Below, one piece after another: positions 13,079 through 28,429 of a stretch of DNA of 64,000 nucleotides. Every line of letters begins with the position of its first letter. The stretch's first letter is position 1. Made by a program: the position numbers and the translations under genes. Under the pieces are notes generated by a model, which was not told where the DNA came from, ran no database searches, and saw only the letters and a program-made list of their open reading frames with translations. The stretch is from Cercozoa sp. M6MM (taxonomy: Eukaryota; Protista; Endomyxa: Ascetosporea): the NCBI GenBank assembly GCA_040357565.1, contig JBDODJ010000025.1, one strand, 5' to 3'.

Positions 13079-16000
13079 ATGTCTGCGCTGGCAAGCGCTC
13101 TGGTGGCGCAGGAGCAGTCGCGGGCAGTGCAGCAATCGCGAGGCTCCGTGCCGCGTCTGTCACTGCGACGCAGCCGCAGCCAGGTGGACTCAGTGAGTCA
13201 CGAAGCACCACCATCGTTCACATCCTCGGCGCGTGTCTCAGCGACGAGTACGCGACCGTCTGCTTCAGCTGCGTCTTCTTCTGCCAACGTGCGTATGCCG
13301 CCAAAGTCGCAGCACAAGCAGCTGCTCAAAAAGGTGAAGGCGCACTCGCACCGGCCGTCGTCAAAGCTTGCGATTTCGCTCGCCAAATCCGACTGGCAGA
13401 GCGACGATACTTCCATGGTCTCTTGTTGTTTTTGTTGTTGTTTTTGCTTTTAACTGCGAAGGACTTGTGAAAGCAGGAGCCTGGGCCGCCGGTGGAAGCT
13501 GCTGACGACGACGACGATGAGCACCAGTTCGTGGCGCACTCGCTGCCAACCACCAAGTCGCCGCCCTTTGCGACAATGGTACAGCTCTTTTGTTGCCCTT
13601 GTGTTTCCTTTGTGGCAGGTGTAGCTTTCATTCACTGTGCGTGTGTCTGTGCTGATGCAGGCGCGATCGCCCGTGCATACCTCGCGAAAGGCGCTGCCAA
13701 TGGAGGTTGAAATGTGAGTTTCTCTTTGTCCCTGTGGACGAGGTGCGAGTTTACTAACTGACTGTTGTCGCAGAGCGCACGACGATTTTATGCTGCAGCT
13801 GCCGCGACGTCGCGTTCAGCGCGAATCGTGCTTTATCTTCTCTGAGCTTTGCTTTGATACTTCCCTGCTGGAAAAGCTTTGCCGGCGTGCACAGAGTTTG
13901 GCAGTCGGAGCAGCGCATCACGAGCGAAATTGATCTGTACGCGCGCAAGCAGTGGCAAGACGTTGCCGAGCACCAGTGCGTTTTTCTGCTTTTTCTTTGC
14001 TTTCGCAGACTTGCTTTTGTTTTTGCAGCTTTGGCTTTGCTTGCTTTTGTTTGCTGCTGCTTTTGTTTTTGCTCTGGGTACAGCTTTGTGTACGTAAGCA
14101 GTGCGCGACGCAAGAGTCATCACCGACGCGTGGTGAGCAACGAGAAACTGCCGCTGGAGTCGCTGCAGAAGGACGTGCTGGATGCCTACCTATCGCGTGA
14201 AGAGATCAAGCGACTCGACACGCAATCCGTGCTGGAACACGGCTCGTATAGGTAGCATTGGTTTCTGCCCATCGCCCCCTCCCCCCCCCGTTACCCCTCA
14301 TTCATGTGACAGCAATGCGATGCGCGGCCACCTGGAGAACGCGACATTGCAGACGCAGCACGGTTTGTATCTCACGAAGCGTCTGCGATCTTTTTTTGAA
14401 GCTTACGCCAAGTTGCAGTTCGTTTCTGCTTCAGTTTGTTGTGCTTTTAATTCTGTATGATATTTGTGCAGGAAGGACTTCCACGCGGAAGTGAAGAAAC
14501 TCGTAGATTTCGAGGTGGCGAAACTCGATGCGAAACTGAAGGGCATGCCGTCGAAGACATATGTGTCGACTTCGTGGCGCTGCGTCGACGAAATCTTTCG
14601 CTGCTGCGAGCAGAGTGCGCGTGTACATCATGACACTGCTGAGCAGCTTGAACTCTTGGTGCGCCATCCATACTCGTATGTTAACAACTTTCCACTGACT
14701 ATCTGCTTCAGGTTGTGCACCCACTGGCGAACTTCTACCAGGCGGCAGCCGAGCAGCGCAAAACATTGATGCGACGCGAACAGACACTCGTGAAGCAGAT
14801 GCAGACACTTGAGACGAAGGTGAACAAGCGACGCGCCAAGGCCGAAAAGCTGTTGGATGCGTTGCTTCAGACGCCTGTGGTATACTGAGCTTTCAGAGTT
14901 TTAACTCTAGTTGTGTGATTCACAGTCACAGTTTGTGTTGTGTGTAGCACGAGGAAGAAGTGCTGAGCGGTGACGAGAGCGACCTGGAAGTGAAGCGAGG
15001 AGTTTTTCGGAAGTTGGTACTTTGCCCTGTCTGCTATTCCCTACCCTACCCCCCCCCCCTGCAGTGGCACCGAATCAAGCGCGAGGAGTCGGAGGAAGAG
15101 AAGGAGAACGGCGTGGTGGAAGAGGTCGACGGACGCGTGTCAGTGCGTCTGCCGAACGACGTCGACACGGAGGAGGCGGTGGCACTGCAGGCGCCTGCGA
15201 GTGCTCGGGACAATCCGCTGGTTGCCGAGAGCGAGGAGGAACGACTGCTGCAGATTCTGTCACGTCACACGTCGCACATGCGTCGACAGACTCGCACGGC
15301 TTGTGTTGCCTACGAGGCTGCTGTGCAGGATGGGTAAACTACCCCCCCCCCCCCATCTCTCTTACCTTTACCCCTCCCCCGTAGACGTGCCCGACAGGAC
15401 GAGTTCTACCGTCAGCAGTTGCCAGGTTTGTCTAGTCCTATCTTCTTTTGTCCCTAGTACCCTTTACCCCCCCCCAGATCTGTTGTCGCGCATGCGTGCG
15501 TTGGAGGAGATGCGCGTGCGGTGCATGCGGAGTCATTTGGAGAAGTTCGTGTCGCTGCAAGACAACCTTGTCGCCTCGTGTACCGAACAGCATCACGGCA
15601 TTCTCGAAGTGGCCGCACAGTTGCGACTGGACATCCCGGCACCGAAACGATCGCTGCCGCGCACAAGTGCACTCGAGTATCAACTCGAATACACACCAGA
15701 TGACCTCAAGAACTTTGTGGTACCTCCCAGCACATCCCTCATCACATCCTATACCCCCGTTTACCCCCTTCCCCGGCAGAGACAGATGCGGCAGCGACTG
15801 CCATTCTCGGCGGCGCTGCAGGAGTATGCAAGTCGGCCCGAGGAGGAACTCGACATTGACCTGCCGCGACCCAAGTTCGCGGATTTGCGCGAGCACAAGC
15901 ACGTGCTCACAGCCTTCCACGCCTTCCTGCGACGCTCCTTGTGCGCGGAGAATCTCGTGTTCTGGAAAGACGTCGATCTGTACAAGCGGCAGACCGAGTT

Positions 16001-16478
16001 CTCGTCGCCGCACGCTCGTCGCCGTGCCGCCAAGATCTACGCCAACTACGTCGATCGCAACGCGCGTCTGCACGTCAACTTGCCTGCCAGTGTACCTCCT
16101 GTCCTAACATCTACCCATATTCTTATCCCCACCCCGTGTACTTTAGGTCCTGGACGACATCGACTTGAAGATCTCGCAGTGGACTGAACTTTCCGAACAG
16201 CAGGTAGCTTCCACCCAGTCCATCATATCGACAGATGCATCGCGGAGTGTATGCACAGCGCGAGTGTCTGTTCGATACGGCGCTGCGGGAGATCGAGAAA
16301 CTGATGCAGTCGGACTCGATGCCCAAGTTCTTGAAGTCACAGGTACCAACTCACTCGCGGACCTGTCTACATGTCTCTGTTTGTACCACGTACTAACAAT
16401 ACAAACGCGTAGGAGTATCGCGACGTATTGCGCACCTCGCACGCACCGCAGCGACTGTCGCCGATGAGTCGCGAGTAG
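13079..16478 (+). CDS. F-BAR (FCH) domain plus C-terminal RGS domain protein
   Basis: F-BAR-like helices (LTKRLRSFFEAYAKLQKDFHAEVKKL; YEAAVQDGRARQDEFYRQQLPDLLSRMRALEEMR) are followed by an RGS box (FHAFLRRSLCAENLVFWKDVDLYK...AAKIYANYV...LHVNLP...LFDTALREIEKLMQSDSMPKFLKS). Stop is TAG at 16476. Confidence 0.8.
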
Positions 16479-16918
16479 CGTCGCCACCGACACCGACACG
16501 GCGCAACGTAGTGTTAGTTGTATCTTTTTGCACTGTACCTGAGTTAAGGCACGGTTGACAACCAAACGTCGCGTATGAGGATTGATTTAGATGATGTTTG
16601 TTGAGCGCCGAGCAGTCGGATCGGCGCTTAATCACTCGGAGATCCGATCATCGAGAAAGTTCGAAAGGTCAGCTGGCCCGCTGACGTCAACTCAAAGTGC
16701 TAAACTCCGCCCATTCTGTGCGTGTGTGTGCGTTTATCCTGTAGGTAGCATGACTGCACATGCTAATAGGTGTGCGCGCTGTCCTAGGTCGCACTTTGAG
16801 TTTTTTGTTTTTTTGTCGCAAGCCGTGTTTTGTGTTGTGTCTTGCCTCGTTTGTTTTGCTTTCGTTTGCTTGTCTCATTTGCTTTTACTCGTGTGTGTGC
16901 TCGCAGAGACCCGCGAAA

Positions 16919-18475
<1,557 letters not shown>

Positions 18476-18705
18476 TAGTTGCCGCAGATTGTAACTTTGG
18501 GAAGCTCGACGCGACAGTAGTCTGCTTTCTCTTTTCTATTGAACTGAATTCAGTCAGCGACGGAGATCTAGACGATAAGCTGGAACTCGTGGTGAGGGAA
18601 TGACATTCTCGGTCCGTCCACGTTGCTTCGCATTCGCAGGCATGTGTCATGTACAGTAACAGTGCGTGACAGTAAACTTTGGTCGTGTCCAGTTCTTTTC
18701 TACAG

Positions 18706-19275
18706 TCACTGTGCGCTCTGGCCGGTAGCACCTGTGCGTCGCGGGTGCCGTGATGGGTAATCCGTGTTGGAACCGACACTGTGTGCAAGCAACCACACAA
18801 AAGACAGACGGATAGAAAAACATACAGCAGAACGACAGGCAGAGAAACAAAGGCACGGAGCGAGTCTATGCGAGTTCTTTTCGATTTCGCAGTTGAATTC
18901 CGAGTGTCGCGGGAAGTGCACCTGAACTGCCGATGCCGACACAGCAAAAATGACGCCGTACAGCCATGTGCCTTTCTCCTGAACCATTTTTGCTGTGTCA
19001 AACAAATAAGAAGGACTGGTATTACCTCGTCGACGAGCACCTCACAAGCAGCACCTGGCGTGTACTTCAAACCGTGTCTGTTGCCCTGACATGACACCAT
19101 ACCAGACCAATATGTCTGCCTCATACAGTTGCGTAGAAGAGCATACCTTATGAAACATTTCTCCTTCGGGAGCGTGGCGACGCTTTCCCAAGACTGATTT
19201 GTGCGTGCTCATCTGTGCAGCGAAAAGGAGCTGCTTTCCACTCTGGCAGAAAACTCTCCCCGCTAAAAAAAACAT
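18706..19275 (-). CDS. small protein with a Tudor/chromo-barrel-like domain
   Basis: Spliced product reads LKYTPGAACEVLVDE|EKGTWLYGVIFAVSASAVQVHFPRHSEFNCEIEKNSHRLAP|VGSNT, which resembles a royal-family barrel (W..G.I..V....V.VHF......I...S.RLAP). Confidence 0.45.
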
Positions 19276-19538
19276 GTTTGGCCTCGAGCAAGGCTGAGCG
19301 CACCTTTGCGTCACTTTAATATGTTATACCGTCGTTTAGCTCTCCAACTCGCCTGCAAACACGCGTGTTCGTTTAGTTTGGCATGGTTTGAATTCTGCTG
19401 GCCACAGGTGAGCTCCCTTAGCAAAAAGCACTTGCTACCAGTAGGTTGCTAAAGTAGCGTACATGTGTGCAGGTGTAACGTGGCACGCACAATTGTTGAT
19501 ATAGCCTCTACTGAAAGTTTTGTCGCGCAAGGCTGCGG

Positions 19539-22457
19539 ATGCTCGCTCTTCGACGATTTGTGCCTGTTCGTCGCTTTGCGCGTGCCTTCAGCGCGGTCGA
19601 GCGTGATGAGATGGAGTACGACGTTGTCATCGTTGGAGGCGGTGCTTTTGCCTTTGCTTTGTGGATTCGCACGGGTGCTCAGTATGGTTGGTGTGTTGTA
19701 TTTGTTTAAACTCCAGGTCCTGCCGGTCTCTCGGCCGCCATTCGTCTCAAGCAGCAGAACGAAGACCTGTCCGTGTGTCTCTTGGAGAAGGGCGCTGAAG
19801 TGGTACGCTTCTTTCATTTTTTTTAGTTGAGTTGAGTTGAGTTGCTTTGAGTTGAGTCGAGTTGAGTTAGTTGCTTTAATAAGTTGAGTTGAGTTGAGTT
19901 GAGTTGAGTTGATGAGTTGCGTTGAGTCGAGTCGAGTCGAGTTGTGTTGAGTTGAGTTGATACAGGGTGCGCACATTCTGAGCGGCAACTGCTTCGACCC
20001 GATCGCTCTGCGTCGTCTGTTCCCGGACTTTGTAAATCGAATCTTTCACCCTTGCTTTGAGGCGAGTTGCGTTGAGTTGAGTTGAGTTGAGTTGAGTTGC
20101 TTCGGTGGCAGGAAAAGCGCGGTGCCCCGTTGCGCGTGCCAGTGAAGGAAGACAAGTTCTACTACCTGCCGACTCGTGATTGCTCTTTTGCTTTTCTTGC
20201 TTTGCTTTTGCTTTTCTTGCTTTGCTTTTGCTTTTCTTTGCTTCGTGCTTTGCTTTGGTTTGTGTGCTTTGCTCTGCTTCCTTTGCTTGCTTTCGTGTCA
20301 TAGCTGTCGTTTTCAACAGAGGGACTGTCGATTCCGACGCCGATTCCGCCGGCTCTGCACAATGGTACTTTGAGTTGAGTTGAGTTGAGTTGAGTTGAGT
20401 TGAGTTGAGTTGAGTTGAGTTGAGTTAAGTTGCTTTTGAGTTGAGTTGAATTGTAGAGGGAAACTACGTGATTTCGCTGGGTGAGCTTTGTAAGTGGCTC
20501 GGCGAGCAGGCAGAGGAGCTCGGCGTTGAGGTTAGTAGAACTCACCCTCACCCTTACCCCTCACACCCTGTGCTGTGGTCAGATCTACCCGGGTTTCGCT
20601 GCTGCGCACGTGTTGTACGACGACTACGGCAAGGTGAAAGGCGTCGCCACAGGCGATATGGGCGTGCAGAAGGACGGCACTCATGGTAGTCTTACCTAGT
20701 CTTACCTAATCTACCCCTCCCCCTTTACCCCCCCCCCCATGTTTAGGTCCGGACTTTGAGCCGGGCATGGCGCTGCTGGCTCCGAACACTCTCTTTGCCG
20801 AAGGTACTTTTGCCCTTTAACCCTTTACCCGTTAGCTCCTTACCCCTTTTGGGGNNNNNNNNNNNNNNNNNNNNNNNNNNNNNNNNNNNNNNNNNNNNNN
20901 NNNNNNNNNNNNNNNNNNNNNNNNNNNNNNNNNNNNNNNNNNNNNNNNNNNNNNCCCCCCCCCCCCAGGCCTGGGCATCAAGGAGGTGTGGCAGCTGACG
21001 GCCGAGCAAGCCAAAGAGCGCGGTCATACGCCGGGCAAAGTGGAGCACACCGTGGGATGGCCTCTGCCCACCGATGTCTATGGCGGCAGCTTCCTGTACC
21101 ACGCCGATGACAACAAAGTGCTCCTCGGCTATGTCGTTGGACTCGACTACGAGAATCCCTTCGTGTCGCCCTACGACTCTTTCCAGCAGTGGAAGACGGT
21201 ACCGGGCAGCTTACCCCTATTCACCCCCCTATTTACCCCCCTATTTACCCCCTACTTACCCCCCACTTTACCCCCCACTTACCCCCCACTTTACCCCCCA
21301 CTTACCCCCCACTTTACCCCCCTTCTTACCCCCCACTTTACCCCCCCCCCAGCACGAGCGCGTGGCATCGCTGCTGCGAGGTGCCGAGTGCATCGGATAC
21401 GGCGCCCGTGTCATCAACGAGGGCGGTCTGCAGTCGCTTCCGCAGCTGAGTTTCCCGGGCGGTGCCTTGCTGGGCTGTGCTGCCGGTACGCTCAATGTGC
21501 CTCGTATCAAGGGTGCACACACGGCCATGCTGTCCGGCATTGCTGCTGCCGATGCCATCGCGGTACCTCACTTTTACCTCTTCCCCTACCCACCATACTC
21601 CATACTGCTGCAGAAAGGCGACCTTGGCACTTACGATCGTGATGTCAGGTATCTTACCTCCCTCCACACACCTCCCATTTTACCTCCCCCTCCAGGGAAG
21701 GCGAAATCGGCCAGGAGCTGCACTCGGTGCGCAACGTGCGACCGGCCTTTAAACACGGACTGTTCGCCGGCCTTATCCACTCGGCCATCAACCTGTGTAG
21801 ACTTGTCCATTGTCCCTGTTCCTAGCCTTATCCTCCCCCCCTAGTCATTACCCGAGGTCGCGAGCCGTACACGTTGTCGCATGGACACGCGAGCGATGCG
21901 GCGGCTACCAAGCCTCGCGCCGAGGCGACGCCGATCGAGTATCCCAAGCCGGACAATGAACTCACCTTCGACATTCTCACCAACCTCGCCCGCAGCAACA
22001 CTATGTGTGTTACCTCCCTACCCTTACTCTCTACCCTTACCCTCCCCTTACTCTCTACCCTTTCCCTCTACCTTTCCCTCTACCCTTACTCTTTACCCTT
22101 TCCCTCTACCCTTTCCCTCTACCCTTCCCCCCTGTTCAGGCACGACGATGACGAGCCATCGCACCTGCTAGTCAAGGCGGAGAAGAGTGACGTGCCTGCG
22201 CGCAGCGAGGAGGTCTATGCCGCGCCCGAGACGCGCTTCTGTCCGGCCAAAGTGTACGAGTATGTGGACGGACGTCTGCAGATCAACTCGCAGAACTGCG
22301 TGCACTGCAAGGTGACCCTGTGTCCTGTTTTGTTCGGGTACTGTATTGCCCGCCCTATGCCCCGTCTGCACAGACGTGCGATATCAAGACGCCCGAGGAG
22401 TTCATCCAGTGGACGGTGCCGCGTGGTGGCAGCGGACCCAACTACGTCGCCATGTGA
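19539..22457 (+). CDS. ETFDH: mitochondrial electron transfer flavoprotein-ubiquinone oxidoreductase
   Basis: Presequence [17 protein letters not shown], then [65 protein letters not shown] and [10 protein letters not shown]|TCDIK (4Fe-4S). The gene spans an N gap. Confidence 0.97.
19826..20449 (+). repeat. (GTTGA)n and (TTTGC)n-type microsatellites in consecutive ETFDH introns
   Basis: GTTGA arrays at about 19826-19960, 20065-20100 and 20371-20449; TTTGC-rich intron at about 20176-20319. Confidence 0.9.
21199..21352 (+). repeat. degenerate (TTACCCCCC)n intronic satellite
   Basis: About a dozen 11-12 nt units such as ttaccccccact fill an ETFDH intron. Confidence 0.9.
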
Positions 22458-23003
22458 TTAACATAACTGAACGTCATCGCATCGCACCCATCGGACCGAA
22501 TCTGCGGTCGCACAGCATTTTGGGACTAAGTACTACATCCCAACTTTTGGGTGTTGGCTAAATCATACATAAGATGACGGAATCTGCGGGTATGGTGGTG
22601 TGTTTCCGTCGAGTAATCCGACTCTGATGGAAAAGGCTAAAATAATGGTAACGCAATGCGCTCAAACTGCTGTAAACTTTTGTGAGTCATGTTATCTTTA
22701 CACTACTTCGTCGTCACTGTTCATTTTTCGAGCCATTCACTTTTACTGCACCAACCACTGGTGCAGGGGAACTACATAGTTGGTTTCCTAACTACCTGCA
22801 CAAACCATCGCATGAAGTCGACTTCGTCTGTGGAACGTCAAAAGGGGAGCTGTATTATCCTACCCTAAGCGGGCGGTAGACACGATCATGCTCTTGCGTT
22901 ATGACCCACTCGGGCCACCCCGGACTGGTGCAGGGTAACTACATATTTGGTTTCATTTAAGGGTCAACTAACCAGTCAATATGAATCCGAGTTTAAAATG
23001 TCG

Positions 23004-23535
23004 TCATCTCAAGTTCTGCTGCTGGCCATAGCGAAAGCCGTAATGTTGCTGGTGCTGCAGCTGGTGCTGCTGCTGCGCCTGCTGATACATGTGTGGTTGG
23101 TGATACTGCGGCGGGTGCTGCTGGTGCTGCGGCTGCTGCCAGTGCTGTTGCTGTGGTGCGAATCTGCTCGCTACGGGTGCAGCTGCGGCCGCAGTCGTCG
23201 CTGCAGTCGCCGCTGCCTGAATTTCGCCCTCTTGGAACTGCTTCAAAGCCGCCTAGTCAACAACAGCAGCAAAACAGTAAACCTCTTCTCGTCCGTAATT
23301 CTCATATTCGACCCAAGTCGCACACCTGTCGCTTCGCCTCAAACGACGCTCGGCCCTCCACCGATGCTTTTGCCGGCGCCAGAATCCACCTGTTTGACTC
23401 GAGATCGCTGAACACAAAGGCGTCCAGCACGTGTCGTGCTCTTTCGTTGACTTTCTTCAACTCTGCACACACCCACATCGCGCTCCCAAGGGAAAATTAT
23501 TATGGTCAACCATTCTCGGGCGGTGCTTGTGACAT
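23004..23535 (-). CDS. small protein with a Q/H-rich low-complexity C-terminus
   Basis: MSQAPPEN|ELKKVNERARHVLDAFVFSDLE...EAKRQ|AALKQFQEGE...QQQHWQQPQHQQHPPQY...QQQNLR-stop, using two GT-AG introns. Confidence 0.6.
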
Positions 23536-23783
23536 TTGTGCGCGCGCAAAAACACCCAACCACAGCGGAGCACTGACCGAGACGCTGTAGAACTGCTATC
23601 TGCAGAAGAAACTGATCTCATTGAGCCGATGATGCCAAGTGAGCCGATTTTCTCTTATTGGTCTCTCGCGTCGTTTCGGGCCTAGAACTTGCTGCAGACA
23701 CGTGCGATCTGACGGTAGTAGTACCTGTGCGCCCTGCACCGGGGGCACTTGAGATCAGATCAACTCTGATTTGCTACCACAAA

Positions 23784-25664
23784 ATGGACGACAGCGAGAA
23801 TGTGGCGCTTTCAGGTACAGTTCCCGTTCCGTCAGTGGTATGACTCACACGCGATGTTGATTAGCTAACTCAATACAATATGGAGATGCCAGCGCCACGA
23901 AACAGAAGCTGCTTGCGTTGCAGCAGGCGGCGAACGCCGCAGACGATGCTTCCCTCACGGTGCAGCAGCTGCTCGAAGCGCACTCCAAGCTTCAAGTACG
24001 CCTGTTTTTCAGCTTTAGTTTTTGGCGCTTTAAGTTGTGTTGCTTTGTTTCAGGGTGACGCAGCTGTTCTGGCCGAGAAAGCAGCGAGAGCACAACGAGC
24101 CTGCAGAGAAGTAAACCGATTTCAGTTCGAGTGAAGCGCCGAGACTGAGCGAAATTTCGCATGTTTCGCGCAGGAAAAACAAGCGAACGAAGATTTGAGA
24201 CTAAAAATTGCGCGTCTCGCGATGCATCTCAACGAAGCACGTGCTGCTTTGACGGCCGAACGTGCTTTACAGGCACAGGTCGCGCAGCAACGAGCGCGCG
24301 AAGAAGAAACCTGGCACCGTCAGTTGTCGCTTCTGCAGTCGCAAATGGACGCTCAAGTCGAACATGAAAAGCAAGTAGCGCGGTGCAAACTTTCACCTTG
24401 CTTCTTTCGCTTTCTTTCACAAGCTCTTTTGCTTTGACAGCGAGGAGGTCGAAGCGCTGCGAGAGAGGTGTCAAGCCTTGCAGAAGAAGTGCGAGCGACT
24501 TGAAGAACACGCGAGTGCTTGCACAAACGAAGTGAGTTGACGCAGCTTTTGGCTTTTGCTTTGAAAAAAGAAGGATGCTTCTTGCATTGTAGAACCACAA
24601 GCTTCGCGACAGTGCTCAAAGAGCGGACCTCTTGCAGAGTCAGATCACCCGTCTGCAGAACCGCAACGCCGATCTCGTGCGCGAAGCTAGCGAAACTGCG
24701 ACGAACCTGCAGCGCGAGCAGCGAAGAGCCGAAGATAGGTTCGTATGCTGTCTTTCACCAGTGATGCTTTTTACTATTGTGCTTTCTTGTTTGTGCAGTC
24801 TACAACGCGAAAAGCAACTTTCTGCTCAAGTTGCGCAACTGCGCCAAGAGAGGTGTGCCTTCTTTAACTGAGTTGAGTTGAGTTTAGTTGAGTTGCTTTG
24901 ATTGAAGTTGAGTTGCGTTGAGTGAAGTTGAGTTGAGTTGAGTTAATTGTGCAGTGCCCTCGCAAGACAGGAACACGACATGCAAACGCGCGAACTGCGC
25001 GAGCAGCGCGACGAGCTGCAGCGCTTCGTGGATCAGCTCGCTCAGTGGTCGGCGCAGTTCCGCGCGCGCTGCGGAGCGAAACTCGAGCGCAGTGGTGCGC
25101 GTCTGCGCATGGCGGCTACAGCACTAGGCACTGTTCTCAATGGTAGCAACAAAGTTGCGTCTTGATTGACCGGTCTTGTTGTATTCAAGTGCTGCTGTAG
25201 ATTTAACAAATGCACGGTCCGAGTGGAGTCTTCGAACGAGAGGGACAGAAGAGGAAGTGTTTCCGTTGCAAAATGCGTTGGACGCGGCGAGCGCCTTCTT
25301 CGACGCTGTAGCACGCGAGAAAGCGCAGCGGCGGCAGCAGCAACTGCAGCGACAGAGACATCGCGAGAAGTCCTCCTTGTACCTCTACCCTTTTCACATG
25401 CGTTTTACCTTCATCTGTTGTGTATCTTTACAGGGAAGGCAACCCAACAGCAGCGGCCTTGATGGACACACTGAACCGACCTCTCGACACCTTCGGTTCC
25501 GTGCAACCAATGGTACACTCGCACTCAGCTCAGACTGGCTGTGTTAACTCTATCGGTGAGGATCGTGTCTGCAGAGGGCGATCTCTCGGACAGCACCGTT
25601 CGAACCACCCGTAGCGACGTCTGCCAGGCCACCGCGCGCGCAAGCAAAGCCACAGAATCGGTAG
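23784..25664 (+). CDS. hypothetical coiled-coil protein (multi-exon)
   Basis: E/Q/R/L/A-rich exons (RLKIARLAMHLNEARAALTAERALQAQ; QITRLQNRNADLVREASE) separated by TTTGC- and GTTGA-rich introns. Confidence 0.6.
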
Positions 25665-25799
25665 CGTACGGCCCCAGCGAGGCCGCACTTGCTCTAGCTT
25701 TAGTTGTACGAGGAGTGCAAAACGCACCGCACGTGACCAAGTGCCGTGTGCTTGCCTGCGATCGCCATTAACCAAATTACCAAATAAATCAAAAATAAA

Positions 25800-28041
<2,242 letters not shown>

Positions 28042-28429
28042 CTAGTGAATGTCGAGCGCATCGCTGCAACGTGCTGAGACCGTCAGAACCGAACTAGCAG
28101 ACTATGTTTGAGTGGTTCGGTCTATTATGAAACCAACTATGTCGTTCCTCTGCCTTACGTTAAATATGCTGGATAATCGAATACGTACGCACGCGCGCGG
28201 GTGTGACAATACGGATATTATCGACTGACAGGCTGAATTTTCGTACAAACTCTCCTAGTATTGTGTGCAAACTGAAAGTGAGTGGCATTGCTGTTGTTGC
28301 TGGCACGCCGCCTGGTACTTGAAACGCGCCACTTGTTCCTGAAAATGCTCAACTAAGGTGCCGGTGGTACGGGGAACACAGCGCTCTTTGCCGGCTTGGG
28401 GGTAGCTAATTTAGTATCGGAGTACAAAC

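Noticed and set aside
20167-20325. Apparent non-canonical intron in ETFDH (YYL|TEG junction)
   Set aside because: A canonical GT-AG solution exists (gtgatt...tcaacag), giving YYLPTQGLSIP.
19449-20551. ORFs with (NSTQL)n, (HT)n, (CV)n or K/R/A-rich repeats
   Set aside because: These are translations of intronic microsatellites, not proteins.
21199-21352. TTACCC-type repeats as interstitial telomere
   Set aside because: The unit is TTACCC(C)n, not CCCTAA. It is degenerate, confined to introns and oriented by gene strand. A telomeric origin cannot be supported without contig-end data.
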